Assembly: GCA_044352855.1 (NCBI GenBank)
Contig: JBILDC010000012.1
Span: 4,892-68,891 of the forward strand
Length of the DNA stretch: 64,000 nt
From: Sediminibacterium sp.
GTDB taxonomy: Bacteria > Bacteroidota > Bacteroidia > Chitinophagales > Chitinophagaceae
Direction: 5' to 3'
This document shows, in pieces, positions 47,808-56,468 of this stretch; the stretch's first letter is position 1; every line of letters begins with the position of its first letter. The position numbers and the translations under genes were made by a program. The notes below the pieces were generated by a model that was given only the letters and a program-made list of their open reading frames with translations, did no database searches and was not told the origin of the DNA.

Positions 47808-47815
47808 TATTTTTG
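47808..47815 (+). promoter_or_regulatory. -7 element of tRNA-Asn promoter (with TTTG -33 at 47786-47789)
   Basis: TATTTTTG plus an upstream TTTG. Confidence 0.65.
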
Positions 47816-47834
47816 CCACCCTTAAAAGGAACAC

Positions 47835-47908
47835 TCCTCCTTAGCTCAGTTGGTTAGAGCACATCACTGTTAATGATGGGGTCCTCCGTTCAAGTCGGAG
47901 AGGGGGAG
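47835..47908 (+). tRNA. tRNA-Asn(GTT)
   Basis: TCCTCCT/AGGGGGA acceptor stem, CATCA-CTGTTAA-TGATG anticodon arm, CTCCG-TTCAAGT-CGGAG T-arm. Confidence 0.97.
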
Positions 47909-47980
47909 CAAGAGTGCACAAGGCGACAGAAATGTCGCCTTTTTTGTTGTCCGTCAATGAGTTAGGCTAGCTGCATCTTT
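47903..47980 (+). repeat. Junction J0: tRNA 3' end + terminator + tgtccgtcaatgagttagg + tagctgcatc
   Basis: 47903-47966 is identical (64 nt) to 49275-49338. Confidence 0.9.
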
Positions 47981-47988
47981 GTAAAAAA

Positions 47989-48351
47989 TCAAGCAAATTC
48001 TTTTATAATCTTCTTTGCAGTATGGGTTTTACCCCAATTGGCAAGTTCGTGTAATAAAGGAAGTAGTGATTTCCCTGCATTTGTTAAAGAGTATTCAACT
48101 CTTGGTGGCATTTCGGTGAATTCAATTCGATGAACCAATCCAAATTGTTCTAATTCTTTCAGTTCCCCAGCCAATACTTTGTTCGAGATTGAAGGAATGA
48201 TTTGATTGAGTTTACCAAATCGAATGGTTCTGTCTCCGATACAGTTCAATATAATTGGTTTCCATTTACCGCCAATGATACTCATTGTTCGGGTTACAGG
48301 ACAATTTAATGGGTTATCGATGAATTTATTACTCATATTTCTGGTTACCAT
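47989..48351 (-). CDS. HxlR-family winged-helix transcriptional regulator
   Basis: CPVTRTMSIIGGKWK, RFGKL, LKELE, PPRVEYSLT. Confidence 0.93.
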   Translation of the reverse strand: MVTRNMSNKFIDNPLNCPVTRTMSIIGGKWKPIILNCIGDRTIRFGKLNQIIPSISNKVLAGELKELEQFGLVHRIEFTEMPPRVEYSLTNAGKSLLPLLHELANWGKTHTAKKIIKEFA

Positions 48352-48422
48352 TTGGTTACTTGTATTTACTAAATCAGTTACAAATGTAAACCATTGAATC
48401 TATTTTTGTAAAAAAATAAATT

Positions 48423-49184
48423 ATGAAAAGGTATATACAAATTGTCGGTGTAGTTTTAATTCAATTAGTTGTTGTTTCTTCAACTCTTGCTCAAACGAAA
48501 TTAAAGTTGGGAAAACAGGAGTTTGAATTACATAATGTAACAGGCTCTATCATTAAGTTCCAAGGTGAAAATGTCCTGAAAATAGAAAGAGATTTGCAGT
48601 CATTACCATTTGATGTGAATAGACTAGAAGCAACAGTTGACGAAAAGCATTATGCAAAATTGGTAGGATTAGATGATTTTGAAAATGGGACGATTGAGAT
48701 TAAGATGTATAGTCAAATCCAAGACCCATCTCCATTTGCAGGAGCTGCTGGTTTTATTGGTTTATATTATCGAATAGCACCAAATGATTCTGCATTTGAA
48801 TCCATCTATTTGCGACCTAAAGTGGGAAGAGCATCTAATCAAATGTTTAGAAACCATGCTGTTCAATATTTTTCATATCCTCATGCAAAGTTCGAAACTT
48901 TGAGAAAGAATTATCCTCCGGGTTCTTATGAAGGGTCTGCTCCTGTTGCACTTAAAGAGTGGATCACCATGAGAATTGAAGTGAATGGTGAAACTGCTGA
49001 AATGTTCATTAACAATATGAAATACTCTTCTTTTATCGTTGATAAAATGTTGGGGAATGTTAAAAAAGGAGGAGTTGGACTTTATGTTGATATTGCGACC
49101 ATTGGATATTTTAAGGACTTGAAAGTAATTAAAAGAGCATACAAAGCTCCAGCGAAGAAAGAGGATAATCAGGATGGAATTTAA
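48423..49184 (+). CDS. Exported hypothetical protein (ConA-like/DUF1080-like)
   Basis: Signal peptide; FENGTIEI, FESIYLRP, WITMRIEVNG, GGVGLYV. Confidence 0.6.
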   Translation: MKRYIQIVGVVLIQLVVVSSTLAQTKLKLGKQEFELHNVTGSIIKFQGENVLKIERDLQSLPFDVNRLEATVDEKHYAKLVGLDDFENGTIEIKMYSQIQDPSPFAGAAGFIGLYYRIAPNDSAFESIYLRPKVGRASNQMFRNHAVQYFSYPHAKFETLRKNYPPGSYEGSAPVALKEWITMRIEVNGETAEMFINNMKYSSFIVDKMLGNVKKGGVGLYVDIATIGYFKDLKVIKRAYKAPAKKEDNQDGI

Positions 49185-49214
49185 CTTCTTGTAATCTTGC
49201 CGGAAGTTAAGTGT

Positions 49215-49350
49215 TTAAATTCCATATAGTTACGTAAAAAATAAGAGGTTGATAGCTGCATCTTTTGTCGAAAAGGGGAGCAAGAGTGCACAAGGCGACA
49301 GAAATGTCGCCTTTTTTGTTGTCCGTCAATGAGTTAGGTTAGTTGCATCT
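49215..49350 (+). repeat. Junction J1: degenerate A element + GGGGAGCA + terminator + B element
   Basis: tagctgcatcttttgtcgaaaaggggagcaagagtgcacaaggcgacagaaatgtcgcctttttt...gagttaggttagttgcatc. Confidence 0.9.
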
Positions 49351-49403
49351 ATTTGTTTTTCTTTGATTAACTTCAGTACTTAAATAATCAAACTTATATA
49401 AAA

Positions 49404-49886
49404 ATGAAAAGAATTGCCCTACTATCGCTTTTACTTCTACCATTTCTTGGTTTTGCACAAAACACCCAATATACGGTTACCTCTTTTTTACCTGATGGGC
49501 CATTGGCTCCTAATACACATTATATTGGGGAGGCTTGGTTAAGTAGTGTACTTCAGGGGGATACTGAATTGAATTATAATATTACCAAAGCAACATTTAG
49601 AAAAAATTCCACGCTCGATTGGCACAAACACTCCACACCTCAAGTACTTATTATTTTGGAAGGAGAAGGCTATTATCAAGAAAAGGGTAAAGAACCAATT
49701 ATCATTAAAAAGGGTGACGTTGTTAGATGTCCAAAAGATATAGAGCATTGGCATACAGCAAGTAAAGAAAGTTTAGTTACTTATCTAGCTTTATATGATG
49801 GTTCAAAACCAACTATTTGGACAGATAAACTAACTCAAGCGTATTATGATGATGTCGCTCAGAAACTGAAGGGAGATAAAAAGTAA
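49404..49886 (+). CDS. Cupin-domain protein with signal peptide
   Basis: WHKHSTPQVLIILEGEG, GDVVRCPKDIEHWH. Confidence 0.9.
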   Translation: MKRIALLSLLLLPFLGFAQNTQYTVTSFLPDGPLAPNTHYIGEAWLSSVLQGDTELNYNITKATFRKNSTLDWHKHSTPQVLIILEGEGYYQEKGKEPIIIKKGDVVRCPKDIEHWHTASKESLVTYLALYDGSKPTIWTDKLTQAYYDDVAQKLKGDKK

Positions 49887-49891
49887 AGATA

Positions 49892-50035
49892 TTCAACCTT
49901 TCAATTTCCCGATAGTAACATACTCAATCATCGAATTATAGTTGCATCTTTCGTCGAAAAGGGGAGCAAAACTGGACAAGCCATCAGAAATGATGGCTTT
50001 TTCTTTGTCCATCAATGAGTTAGGGTAGTTGCATT
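49892..50035 (+). repeat. Junction J2: A element + GGGGAGCA (49961-49968) + terminator + B element
   Basis: ttcaatttcccgatagtaacatactcaatcatcgaattatagttgcatctttcgtcgaaaaggggagca; aagccatcagaaatgatggcttttt; tgtccatcaatgagttaggg. Confidence 0.9.
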
Positions 50036-50133
50036 TTTTTTATTTATAGAGGTTTATATTTTTTGAAAAGCTACAACTCAATATCTTTGTTTTTATAGTG
50101 GGATTTCCAATAAATCAACTCATCTCCCTAAAT

Positions 50134-50661
50134 ATGACAAACTATTTAATTGTACCTGGTCTGGGGAATTCTGGTCCAGAACATTGGCAAACTTATTTCC
50201 AAAACTCCGATCCCAATTTTTTTCGAATCGAACAGGCCGATTGGGATACGCCCATTTGTGAAGATTGGATTAAGAATATAGATGCAATGGTAACATCATA
50301 TGACCTATCATCTGTTGTTTTAATTGGACATAGTTTAGGATGTTCAACCATTGCGCATTGGTCAGCTAAGTTTAAAAGAAATATTAAAGGGGCAATGCTA
50401 GTAGCACCTAGTGACCTTGAAGCACCAAATTACACTTTCCCGACAAAAGGATTTTCACCGATACCACTTGATAAATTAAATTTCAATTCTATTGTTATAG
50501 CAAGCTCAAATGATATTTGGGTTTCTTTGGAGAGAGCAAAATTTTTTGCAGAAAATTGGGGCAGTGAATTTATAAACATTGGCGATGCCGGTCATATAAA
50601 TGCATCTTCCGGACACACTAATTGGGAAGAAGGATTAACGATATTGAAAAAACTGGGATAG
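50134..50661 (+). CDS. RBBP9/YdeN-family alpha/beta hydrolase
   Basis: VPGLGNSGPEHWQ, GHSLGC, GDAGHIN; ATG at 50134. Confidence 0.9.
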   Translation: MTNYLIVPGLGNSGPEHWQTYFQNSDPNFFRIEQADWDTPICEDWIKNIDAMVTSYDLSSVVLIGHSLGCSTIAHWSAKFKRNIKGAMLVAPSDLEAPNYTFPTKGFSPIPLDKLNFNSIVIASSNDIWVSLERAKFFAENWGSEFINIGDAGHINASSGHTNWEEGLTILKKLG

Positions 50662-50785
50662 TTTACCCCTTTAATTTCCTGATAGATACCTACTCAATCA
50701 TAGCATTATAGTTGCATCTTTCGTTGGAAAGGGGAGCAGATATAAAATATAAAAGGGTTATACTTTAATTGTATGATCCTTTTTT
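50662..50785 (+). repeat. Junction J3: A element + GGGGAGCA (50731-50738) + terminator hairpin (50751-50785)
   Basis: aatttcctgatagatacctactcaatcatagcattatagttgcatctttcgttggaaaggggagca. Confidence 0.9.
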
Positions 50786-50788
50786 AAT

Positions 50789-51505
50789 TCATACTCTTTT
50801 GAGAATTGAAAATGGCATTATTCTTAATAAGAGGGCAATTAACCTCCACCTCTTAGTGATATAAACCACCTTCTTTTTTTGTTTGATGGCTTGAAGTATT
50901 TGTTCAGCAGCCTTTTGAACAGGGGCTACCCAAAAGAGACCTTCACCCTTCGCCATTGCGGTGTCAACAAATCCTGGTCGAACATCTGTAATGTAGACAG
51001 GTAAATTAGATTTATGGGCATTCAACCTTAACCCTTCCAAATAATTGATTTGATATGCCTTTGTCGCATTGTATGATGGGGCAATACCATTTCCCCTGAT
51101 TCCTGCAATAGAGCTAATGTTGACGAGATGACCATAACCTTGTTCTTTAAAATACCGTACAGCCCAATCAGCAATGCACGTAAATCCTTGAATATTCGTT
51201 TTGATTACACTATGCTCAACATCAAAATTTAAGTTTTTATTCTCCTCGCCGATTCCTGCTGAAATAATCAATAAATCCAATCCACCCATCTGACTCACCA
51301 ATTCATTACAGATTGCCTCTAAAGTTGATAAATCCTGAACATCCATTTTTTTAAAGACAATTCTATTTATCTCTTGCGTCTGTATGGATTGGAATAATCC
51401 ATCACGTCTGCCAGTTACTCCAACTACAAAACCATGTCGCAAAAGTAACTCAGCCAATGATTTGCCGATTCCACTTGTTGCTCCTATGATGATAGCTTTT
51501 TTCAT
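50789..51505 (-). CDS. Short-chain dehydrogenase/reductase (SDR)
   Basis: GATSGIG, NISS, YNATK; start MKKAII at 51505. Confidence 0.93.
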   Translation of the reverse strand: MKKAIIIGATSGIGKSLAELLLRHGFVVGVTGRRDGLFQSIQTQEINRIVFKKMDVQDLSTLEAICNELVSQMGGLDLLIISAGIGEENKNLNFDVEHSVIKTNIQGFTCIADWAVRYFKEQGYGHLVNISSIAGIRGNGIAPSYNATKAYQINYLEGLRLNAHKSNLPVYITDVRPGFVDTAMAKGEGLFWVAPVQKAAEQILQAIKQKKKVVYITKRWRLIALLLRIMPFSILKRV

Positions 51506-51563
51506 TTTTATAAAAGTAGATAAACTAAGTATGAATGCCAACTTCCTGCAAATTGACACGAAG

Positions 51564-51675
51564 TTTAACCCTTCAATTTCCTAATAGTCACATACTCAAT
51601 CATCGCATTATAGTTGCATCTTTCGTCTGTAAGGGGAGCACTCAAGAAAAGCCATCAGCAATGATGGCTTTTTTG
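51564..51675 (+). repeat. Junction J4: A element + GGGGAGCA (51633-51640) + terminator
   Basis: ttcaatttcctaatagtcacatactcaatcatcgcattatagttgcatctttcgtctgtaaggggagca; aaaagccatcagcaatgatggctttttt. Confidence 0.9.
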
Positions 51676-51694
51676 CTAAATAAAGAGATCCTGT

Positions 51695-53299
51695 TTATGG
51701 CTGACTTAAGAATGCTTTGGAATAATTAATCTTCAAAGCATCCATCGAAGGCATGTGTCCTTTCAAACGCTTTTTGAAATCCTCATAATTTTTTGATCCT
51801 TTGGGAGACCAAGAAACTTCTGATAAAGCCAAAGCTCTTGGATAGGTCATATACTCCGCATAAGGTAAATTACTGACATATTCGGTCCATAAGTTGGCCT
51901 GAATGCCCACCACATGTTTCGCTTCCTCAGCCGTCAATTCAGGTAAATCTGGTTCAAAAGAATAGCATTTGCTTAAAGGTAAAAATCCACCGATGGCGAT
52001 GGGTTCTGTTTTAGCCTCCGCTTGGTAATAATCGATGTAGAAATAGGAGTTAGGCGACATCACAACATCGTGATTTTGTTTCGCAGCTTCGATACCACCT
52101 TTAGTTCCCCTCCAAGACATGACCATCGCATTTGGCGATAAACCACCTTCTAAAATTTCGTCCCAACCTAATAATTTTTTTCCTTTGGACGTAATAAATT
52201 TATCAATCCGACGAATGAAATAACTTTGTAATTCATTTTCATCCTTCAGGCCTAATTTTTTAATTAAGTCTTGGCAAAAACGACTTTCCTTCCATTGAGT
52301 TTTGGGACATTCATCCCCTCCAATGTGGATGTATTGGCCTGGAAATAATGCCATCACTTCGGTTAGCACATCTTCTAAAAAAGTAAAAGTTTCTTCACGT
52401 GGAAATAAGACGTCTTCAGCCACGCCCCATTTTGTTTTTACTTGTAATATTTTATCCCCATTAGCACCAAATTGTGGATAGGCTGCCAATACAGCCGTCG
52501 AATGACCTGGCATTTCAATTTCAGGAATTACCTGAATATATTTAGAAGTGGCGTAAGCAACTACTTCCTTAATTTGCTCTTGTGTATAAAATCCGCCATG
52601 TGGCTTTCCGTCGTATTTTTGGTCCTGGTAATGGCCCAACATACTTTCCTTTCGCACCGAAGATATAGAGGTCAACAAAGGATATTTTTTTATTTCAATA
52701 CGCCAGCCCTGATCTTCAGTCAAATGCCAATGAAACGTATTTAATTTATAAATAGCCATCAAATCGATGTAGCGTTTTACCGCATCCACTGAGAAAAAAT
52801 AACGGCCTACGTCTAGCATTAAACCGCGGTAGCTAAAACGTGGAGCATCTTCGATCAAACAATTAGGAACTGTTAAAGCAACCGTCGACAACTCATTTCC
52901 GTAAATAGGCGCAGGCATCAATTGGAGCAAAGTTTGTAAACCATAAAAAGCACCTTTTCCAGTTTTTGCTTGAATTTCTACTTTTTTAGACGTCACTTGT
53001 AAACGATATTCCTCATCTCCTAAAGCATCATTTTTGCTAAATACTATTCCTGAAGTGGCGGACTTAGCGATTTTAACAGGAACTGTTTGACCCGACGCAT
53101 TTTTAATTTGCAAGGCTAGTAAATTAGCCGATGGACTAAATTCATCTGAATTTATGTACACTGAAATTCCTTTCTTGATCGTAAAAGTACCCTCAGCAGG
53201 TTTTAAAGATTTAGGCAAAGGGATAATGTTGTATGCATTTTGGGCTAAAGAACTCCAAGCTATACACAAGCATAAAATAATGAATTGGATTTTTTTCAT
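51695..53299 (-). CDS. GH20 beta-N-acetylhexosaminidase
   Basis: DAPRFSYRGLMLDVGR, HWHLTEDQGWR, EIEMPGH, HIGGDE, YPRALAL. Confidence 0.96.
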   Translation of the reverse strand: MKKIQFIILCLCIAWSSLAQNAYNIIPLPKSLKPAEGTFTIKKGISVYINSDEFSPSANLLALQIKNASGQTVPVKIAKSATSGIVFSKNDALGDEEYRLQVTSKKVEIQAKTGKGAFYGLQTLLQLMPAPIYGNELSTVALTVPNCLIEDAPRFSYRGLMLDVGRYFFSVDAVKRYIDLMAIYKLNTFHWHLTEDQGWRIEIKKYPLLTSISSVRKESMLGHYQDQKYDGKPHGGFYTQEQIKEVVAYATSKYIQVIPEIEMPGHSTAVLAAYPQFGANGDKILQVKTKWGVAEDVLFPREETFTFLEDVLTEVMALFPGQYIHIGGDECPKTQWKESRFCQDLIKKLGLKDENELQSYFIRRIDKFITSKGKKLLGWDEILEGGLSPNAMVMSWRGTKGGIEAAKQNHDVVMSPNSYFYIDYYQAEAKTEPIAIGGFLPLSKCYSFEPDLPELTAEEAKHVVGIQANLWTEYVSNLPYAEYMTYPRALALSEVSWSPKGSKNYEDFKKRLKGHMPSMDALKINYSKAFLSQP

Positions 53300-53569
53300 A
53301 GTTCTATTGGATTGAATCGTAAAGATATTGGATCGAATTTAAAATCACTGTAATAAATAATTATAAATTTTAAAAGAAAAGCACAGAGGTCGCAACCTTT
53401 AAATTGTAATAATTCAATGTAATTTTTTAGCAGGTATTTTATGCGGTATTGATAAAGCAATCCATATTCATTAAAGTCCTAATTACAAGGTATGGTTTTG
53501 TACAAAATGGTATTTTCGTTTGTATTCGACTGGAGTTAGGCCCTGATTCTTTTAAAATTTCCCACAAAG

Positions 53570-53600
53570 GGCTTTTTCTTTGTCCGTCAGTGACTTAGGG
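53570..53600 (+). repeat. Junction J5: isolated B element
   Basis: ggctttttctttgtccgtcagtgacttaggg matches 49995-50025 at 28 of 31 positions. Confidence 0.75.
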
Positions 53601-53726
53601 CTTTCTTGTTCGCGTATAAATACGCTGTTTTCTTTTCATTTTCCTTCAGATATTTATTTTCAATAAAGTAGTTAAAATATTTTATTAAAGTTCCATTTTA
53701 AGTTAACTTTGTAAACGAGGAATTCA

Positions 53727-53951
53727 ATGAATCAAGTAAGAGAGCTGGTTTTTTATAGAAATCATTTTCATGACTTTTTTGATAAGCAATCAGAGAAAGC
53801 TAAAGAAAAAATTGATTAAGTTTTATTCTTACTAACTCATATCGATAAAGTTCCAGAGAAGTTTTTAAAACATATAGAAGGACAAAAAGGATTGTATGAA
53901 ATAAGAGTTGAACATGGCAGCAATATTTTAGTACGACTAAATAAACAAGTA
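53727..53951 (+). pseudogene. Disrupted RelE/HigB (gp49-like) toxin
   Basis: MNQVRELVFYRNHFHDFF...KID* (TAA 53817-53819), then VLFLL...KFLKHIEGQKGLYEIRV...GSNI. The C-terminal third is missing and the frame runs into the antitoxin. Confidence 0.8.
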
Positions 53952-54254
53952 ATGGCAAAGAAAGAAAATAAGAGTACAAATTTTAATGAGCATTTAACTC
54001 GACGTTATGGTATAAAAGGTTCAGAGAGGAGAACTGAGTTTGAAATAAAGGCTAAAGCCTATCTTATAGGAGAGTTAATAAAAGAAGAAAGAAAAAATGC
54101 AAAAATGACTCAGGAGCAATTAGCGGATAAGATTGGCGCCAAAAAAAGTTTTATCTCTAGAATTGAAAATGGTAAAACAGATATTCAACTTTCTACTTTA
54201 TACAGGCTGCTTGAATTTGGACTAGGAAAAAATGTTGAGGTTTCTGTTAATTAA
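53952..54254 (+). CDS. HigA-like XRE HTH antitoxin
   Basis: ATG 53952; MTQEQLADKIGAKKSFISRIENG...DIQLSTL. Confidence 0.85.
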   Translation: MAKKENKSTNFNEHLTRRYGIKGSERRTEFEIKAKAYLIGELIKEERKNAKMTQEQLADKIGAKKSFISRIENGKTDIQLSTLYRLLEFGLGKNVEVSVN

Positions 54255-54305
54255 TTTCAATTCTTTTCCTTTCTAAAAAGGAATTAATTTTGCTCTAAAT
54301 CAAAC

Positions 54306-54557
54306 ATGCTCAAAATGAACGCACCTTTCAGCAAGTATCTTTATATTGGTTTTTTACTATTAGGCTCATACCAAGCCATTTTCTCTAAAGACTATGTTCA
54401 AGCAGCAGCTTCAATGGGTATAGGATTGGCATTTGATCCATTCAATCCAGACCAAAAATGGAATGACCGACCTACATGGCAAAAGGCAGTTTTAATTATT
54501 CACCTAGCCTTAGTCGCAGCAATGTTCGGATTGGGCGTTGGCTTGAATGATAAGTAA
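54306..54557 (+). CDS. Small hypothetical membrane protein
   Basis: TM segments; GIGLAFDPFNPDQKWNDRP. Confidence 0.6.
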   Translation: MLKMNAPFSKYLYIGFLLLGSYQAIFSKDYVQAAASMGIGLAFDPFNPDQKWNDRPTWQKAVLIIHLALVAAMFGLGVGLNDK

Positions 54558-54581
54558 ACCTGCTTCAATATATATTTCATC

Positions 54582-55229
54582 ATGAAGATTAAAGTAAAAA
54601 TTTGTTGCATTAGTAGTATTGAAGAGGCTTCACTAGCAATTGTGCACGGCGCCGCAGCTATTGGCTTGGTGGGAAGAATGCCCAGTGGCCCTGGCATTAT
54701 CACAGATGACCTTATTCATAGTATAGCTAAAACCGTACTTCCTCCCATTGATAGTTTTTTATTAACCAGTGAAACAACAGCTGAAGCAATTATTGAACAC
54801 CACAATAAAGTCAATACAACTACTATTCAAATGGTTGATGCCTTAAGTGGCCGTGAATATCATAAAATAAGAGAAGCCATACCTCATGTTAAACTGGTTC
54901 AAGTAATTCATGTGTTGGATGAAAAGGCTGTTCAAGAAGCTATTGAAATAGCAGAATGGGTAGATGCTATTTTACTAGACAGTGGTAATCCTAATTTGTC
55001 TACCAAGGTATTGGGAGGAACAGGCAAAACACATAACTGGGATTTAAGTAAAAAAATTAGAGAAAACATTAGTATTCCTACCTATTTAGCTGGAGGCATT
55101 AATAAAGACAATATTAGAAAGGCCATTGATCATGTGCAACCATATGGCATTGACTTATGCAGTAGTGTAAGAACCAATGGACAATTAGATGAGCGTAAAT
55201 TAGAAGAATTATTTAAAGCCTTGCAATAG
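54582..55229 (+). CDS. Phosphoribosylanthranilate isomerase-like (TrpF-like) TIM barrel
   Basis: VKICCISS, AILLDSG, GGTG, LAGGI, DLCSSV; not within a trp operon. Confidence 0.8.
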   Translation: MKIKVKICCISSIEEASLAIVHGAAAIGLVGRMPSGPGIITDDLIHSIAKTVLPPIDSFLLTSETTAEAIIEHHNKVNTTTIQMVDALSGREYHKIREAIPHVKLVQVIHVLDEKAVQEAIEIAEWVDAILLDSGNPNLSTKVLGGTGKTHNWDLSKKIRENISIPTYLAGGINKDNIRKAIDHVQPYGIDLCSSVRTNGQLDERKLEELFKALQ

Positions 55230-55284
55230 GTTTTTTATAATGCTAGTTTCATCATAATATCGGTTTGCTTTTCATTACCTAATT

Positions 55285-55334
55285 CATTAATCTCCTAATA
55301 GTTACATACTCAATCATCTTATTGTAGCTGCATC
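55285..55334 (+). repeat. Junction J6: degenerate A element lacking the tRNA core
   Basis: tctcctaatagttacatactcaatcatcttattgtagctgcatc aligns to J2-J4. Confidence 0.75.
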
Positions 55335-55527
55335 CATAAAGTAATTTTAGGAGGGTAAAACCATAGCTTAGACCGAACCTGCGAATTCAAATACAGGAAC
55401 TGGTGTGGGCGGGGTTAAAAATTAAAATTGCCTCAGATGCAAAAACTTTATAACTTGTATAGACTAAATTGGATAGATTAATAAATTCATGGCATCTTAT
55501 AATTAATTTTTAACACAAAACTTATTT

Positions 55528-56427
55528 ATGAAAAAAACTATTTTCTTTTTATCGTTTTTACTTATTGGATTATCTGCTTCTGCACAAGGTCCGAAAGTAT
55601 TGGTAATTACTGCACATCCAGATGATGAGAGTTCCATTTCTGTTGCAATGTTTAAAATAGCCAAAGAATTGAAAGGCACTGTTGATATGGCTGTAATGAC
55701 TGATGGTGCTGGGGGTTTTGCGGATGCACAACTAGGCGCAATATATTATGGCATAAACTTGACCGATTCTATTGTAGCTAGAACCCATATTTCAATTATT
55801 AGAAAACAAGAAATATTAAATGTTGCTAAAATACTTGGGGTAAGAAATATCTATTTTATGGAACAACCAGATGACCTTTATTCTACTAATTATGAGCCTT
55901 ATTTATATGGTAAAAATTGGGATATTGGTTTCATTGAAAAAAGATTAGACAAATTACTTGCAGAAAGAGAGTATGATTTTATTATTACTATGTCTCCAAG
56001 AACAGGACAACATGGCCATCATATTACTTCTGTTATAATGGGCCTAAGAGCAGTTGAGCGTTATAAAGGGAATAATAAGCCAATCATTATTGCAGGAGCC
56101 TCTAAGGTGAAAGGTAATGCCGACCCTGTTTTGACAGGAATACCAGGTATTGACGTAAGTAAAATCAATACGAATGTCCCTCCATTTAGATTAAACAGGG
56201 CCTATAGATTTGCTGAAAACGATAAATTAAGCTACAAAATTGTAGCAGACTGGACAATTGCAGAATATAAATCACAAGGAGCTATTCAAGAAAATGCCAT
56301 GCATAGAACCGATGAAGAATTATATTTTTACTATGAAATAAATCCTTTAAACGGTACAGAAAAAGTAAAGAAATTATTTGAAGACCTAAGTAAGAGTGGT
56401 TTTCTCCCATCACCCACAAAAAAGTAA
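55528..56427 (+). CDS. PIG-L/LmbE-family deacetylase
   Basis: AHPDDE, TDGAGG, HGHH. Confidence 0.9.
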   Translation: MKKTIFFLSFLLIGLSASAQGPKVLVITAHPDDESSISVAMFKIAKELKGTVDMAVMTDGAGGFADAQLGAIYYGINLTDSIVARTHISIIRKQEILNVAKILGVRNIYFMEQPDDLYSTNYEPYLYGKNWDIGFIEKRLDKLLAEREYDFIITMSPRTGQHGHHITSVIMGLRAVERYKGNNKPIIIAGASKVKGNADPVLTGIPGIDVSKINTNVPPFRLNRAYRFAENDKLSYKIVADWTIAEYKSQGAIQENAMHRTDEELYFYYEINPLNGTEKVKKLFEDLSKSGFLPSPTKK

Positions 56428-56468
56428 GATAGACAATCTTAAAATACTATACTAATAAAATACTACTT

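Noticed and set aside
49179-49212. attC-like ATTTAAC...GTTAAGT inverted repeat overlapping a stop codon
   Set aside because: Only 34 bp (shorter than attC sites), seen once, and no intI in the window; likely a chance hairpin.
49892-49968. A element as an additional tRNA gene
   Set aside because: Has the tRNA-like 3' end but no convincing D or anticodon arms and no T-loop consensus.
53892-53951. Track ORF start at TTG 53892 giving a 120-aa antitoxin
   Set aside because: The first 20 codons are the toxin remnant (LYEIRV...GSNI); the real antitoxin start is more plausibly ATG 53952.
47903-55334. CRISPR array
   Set aside because: Repeats are separated by 0.6-2 kb gene-bearing segments rather than ~30-nt spacers; no cas genes.
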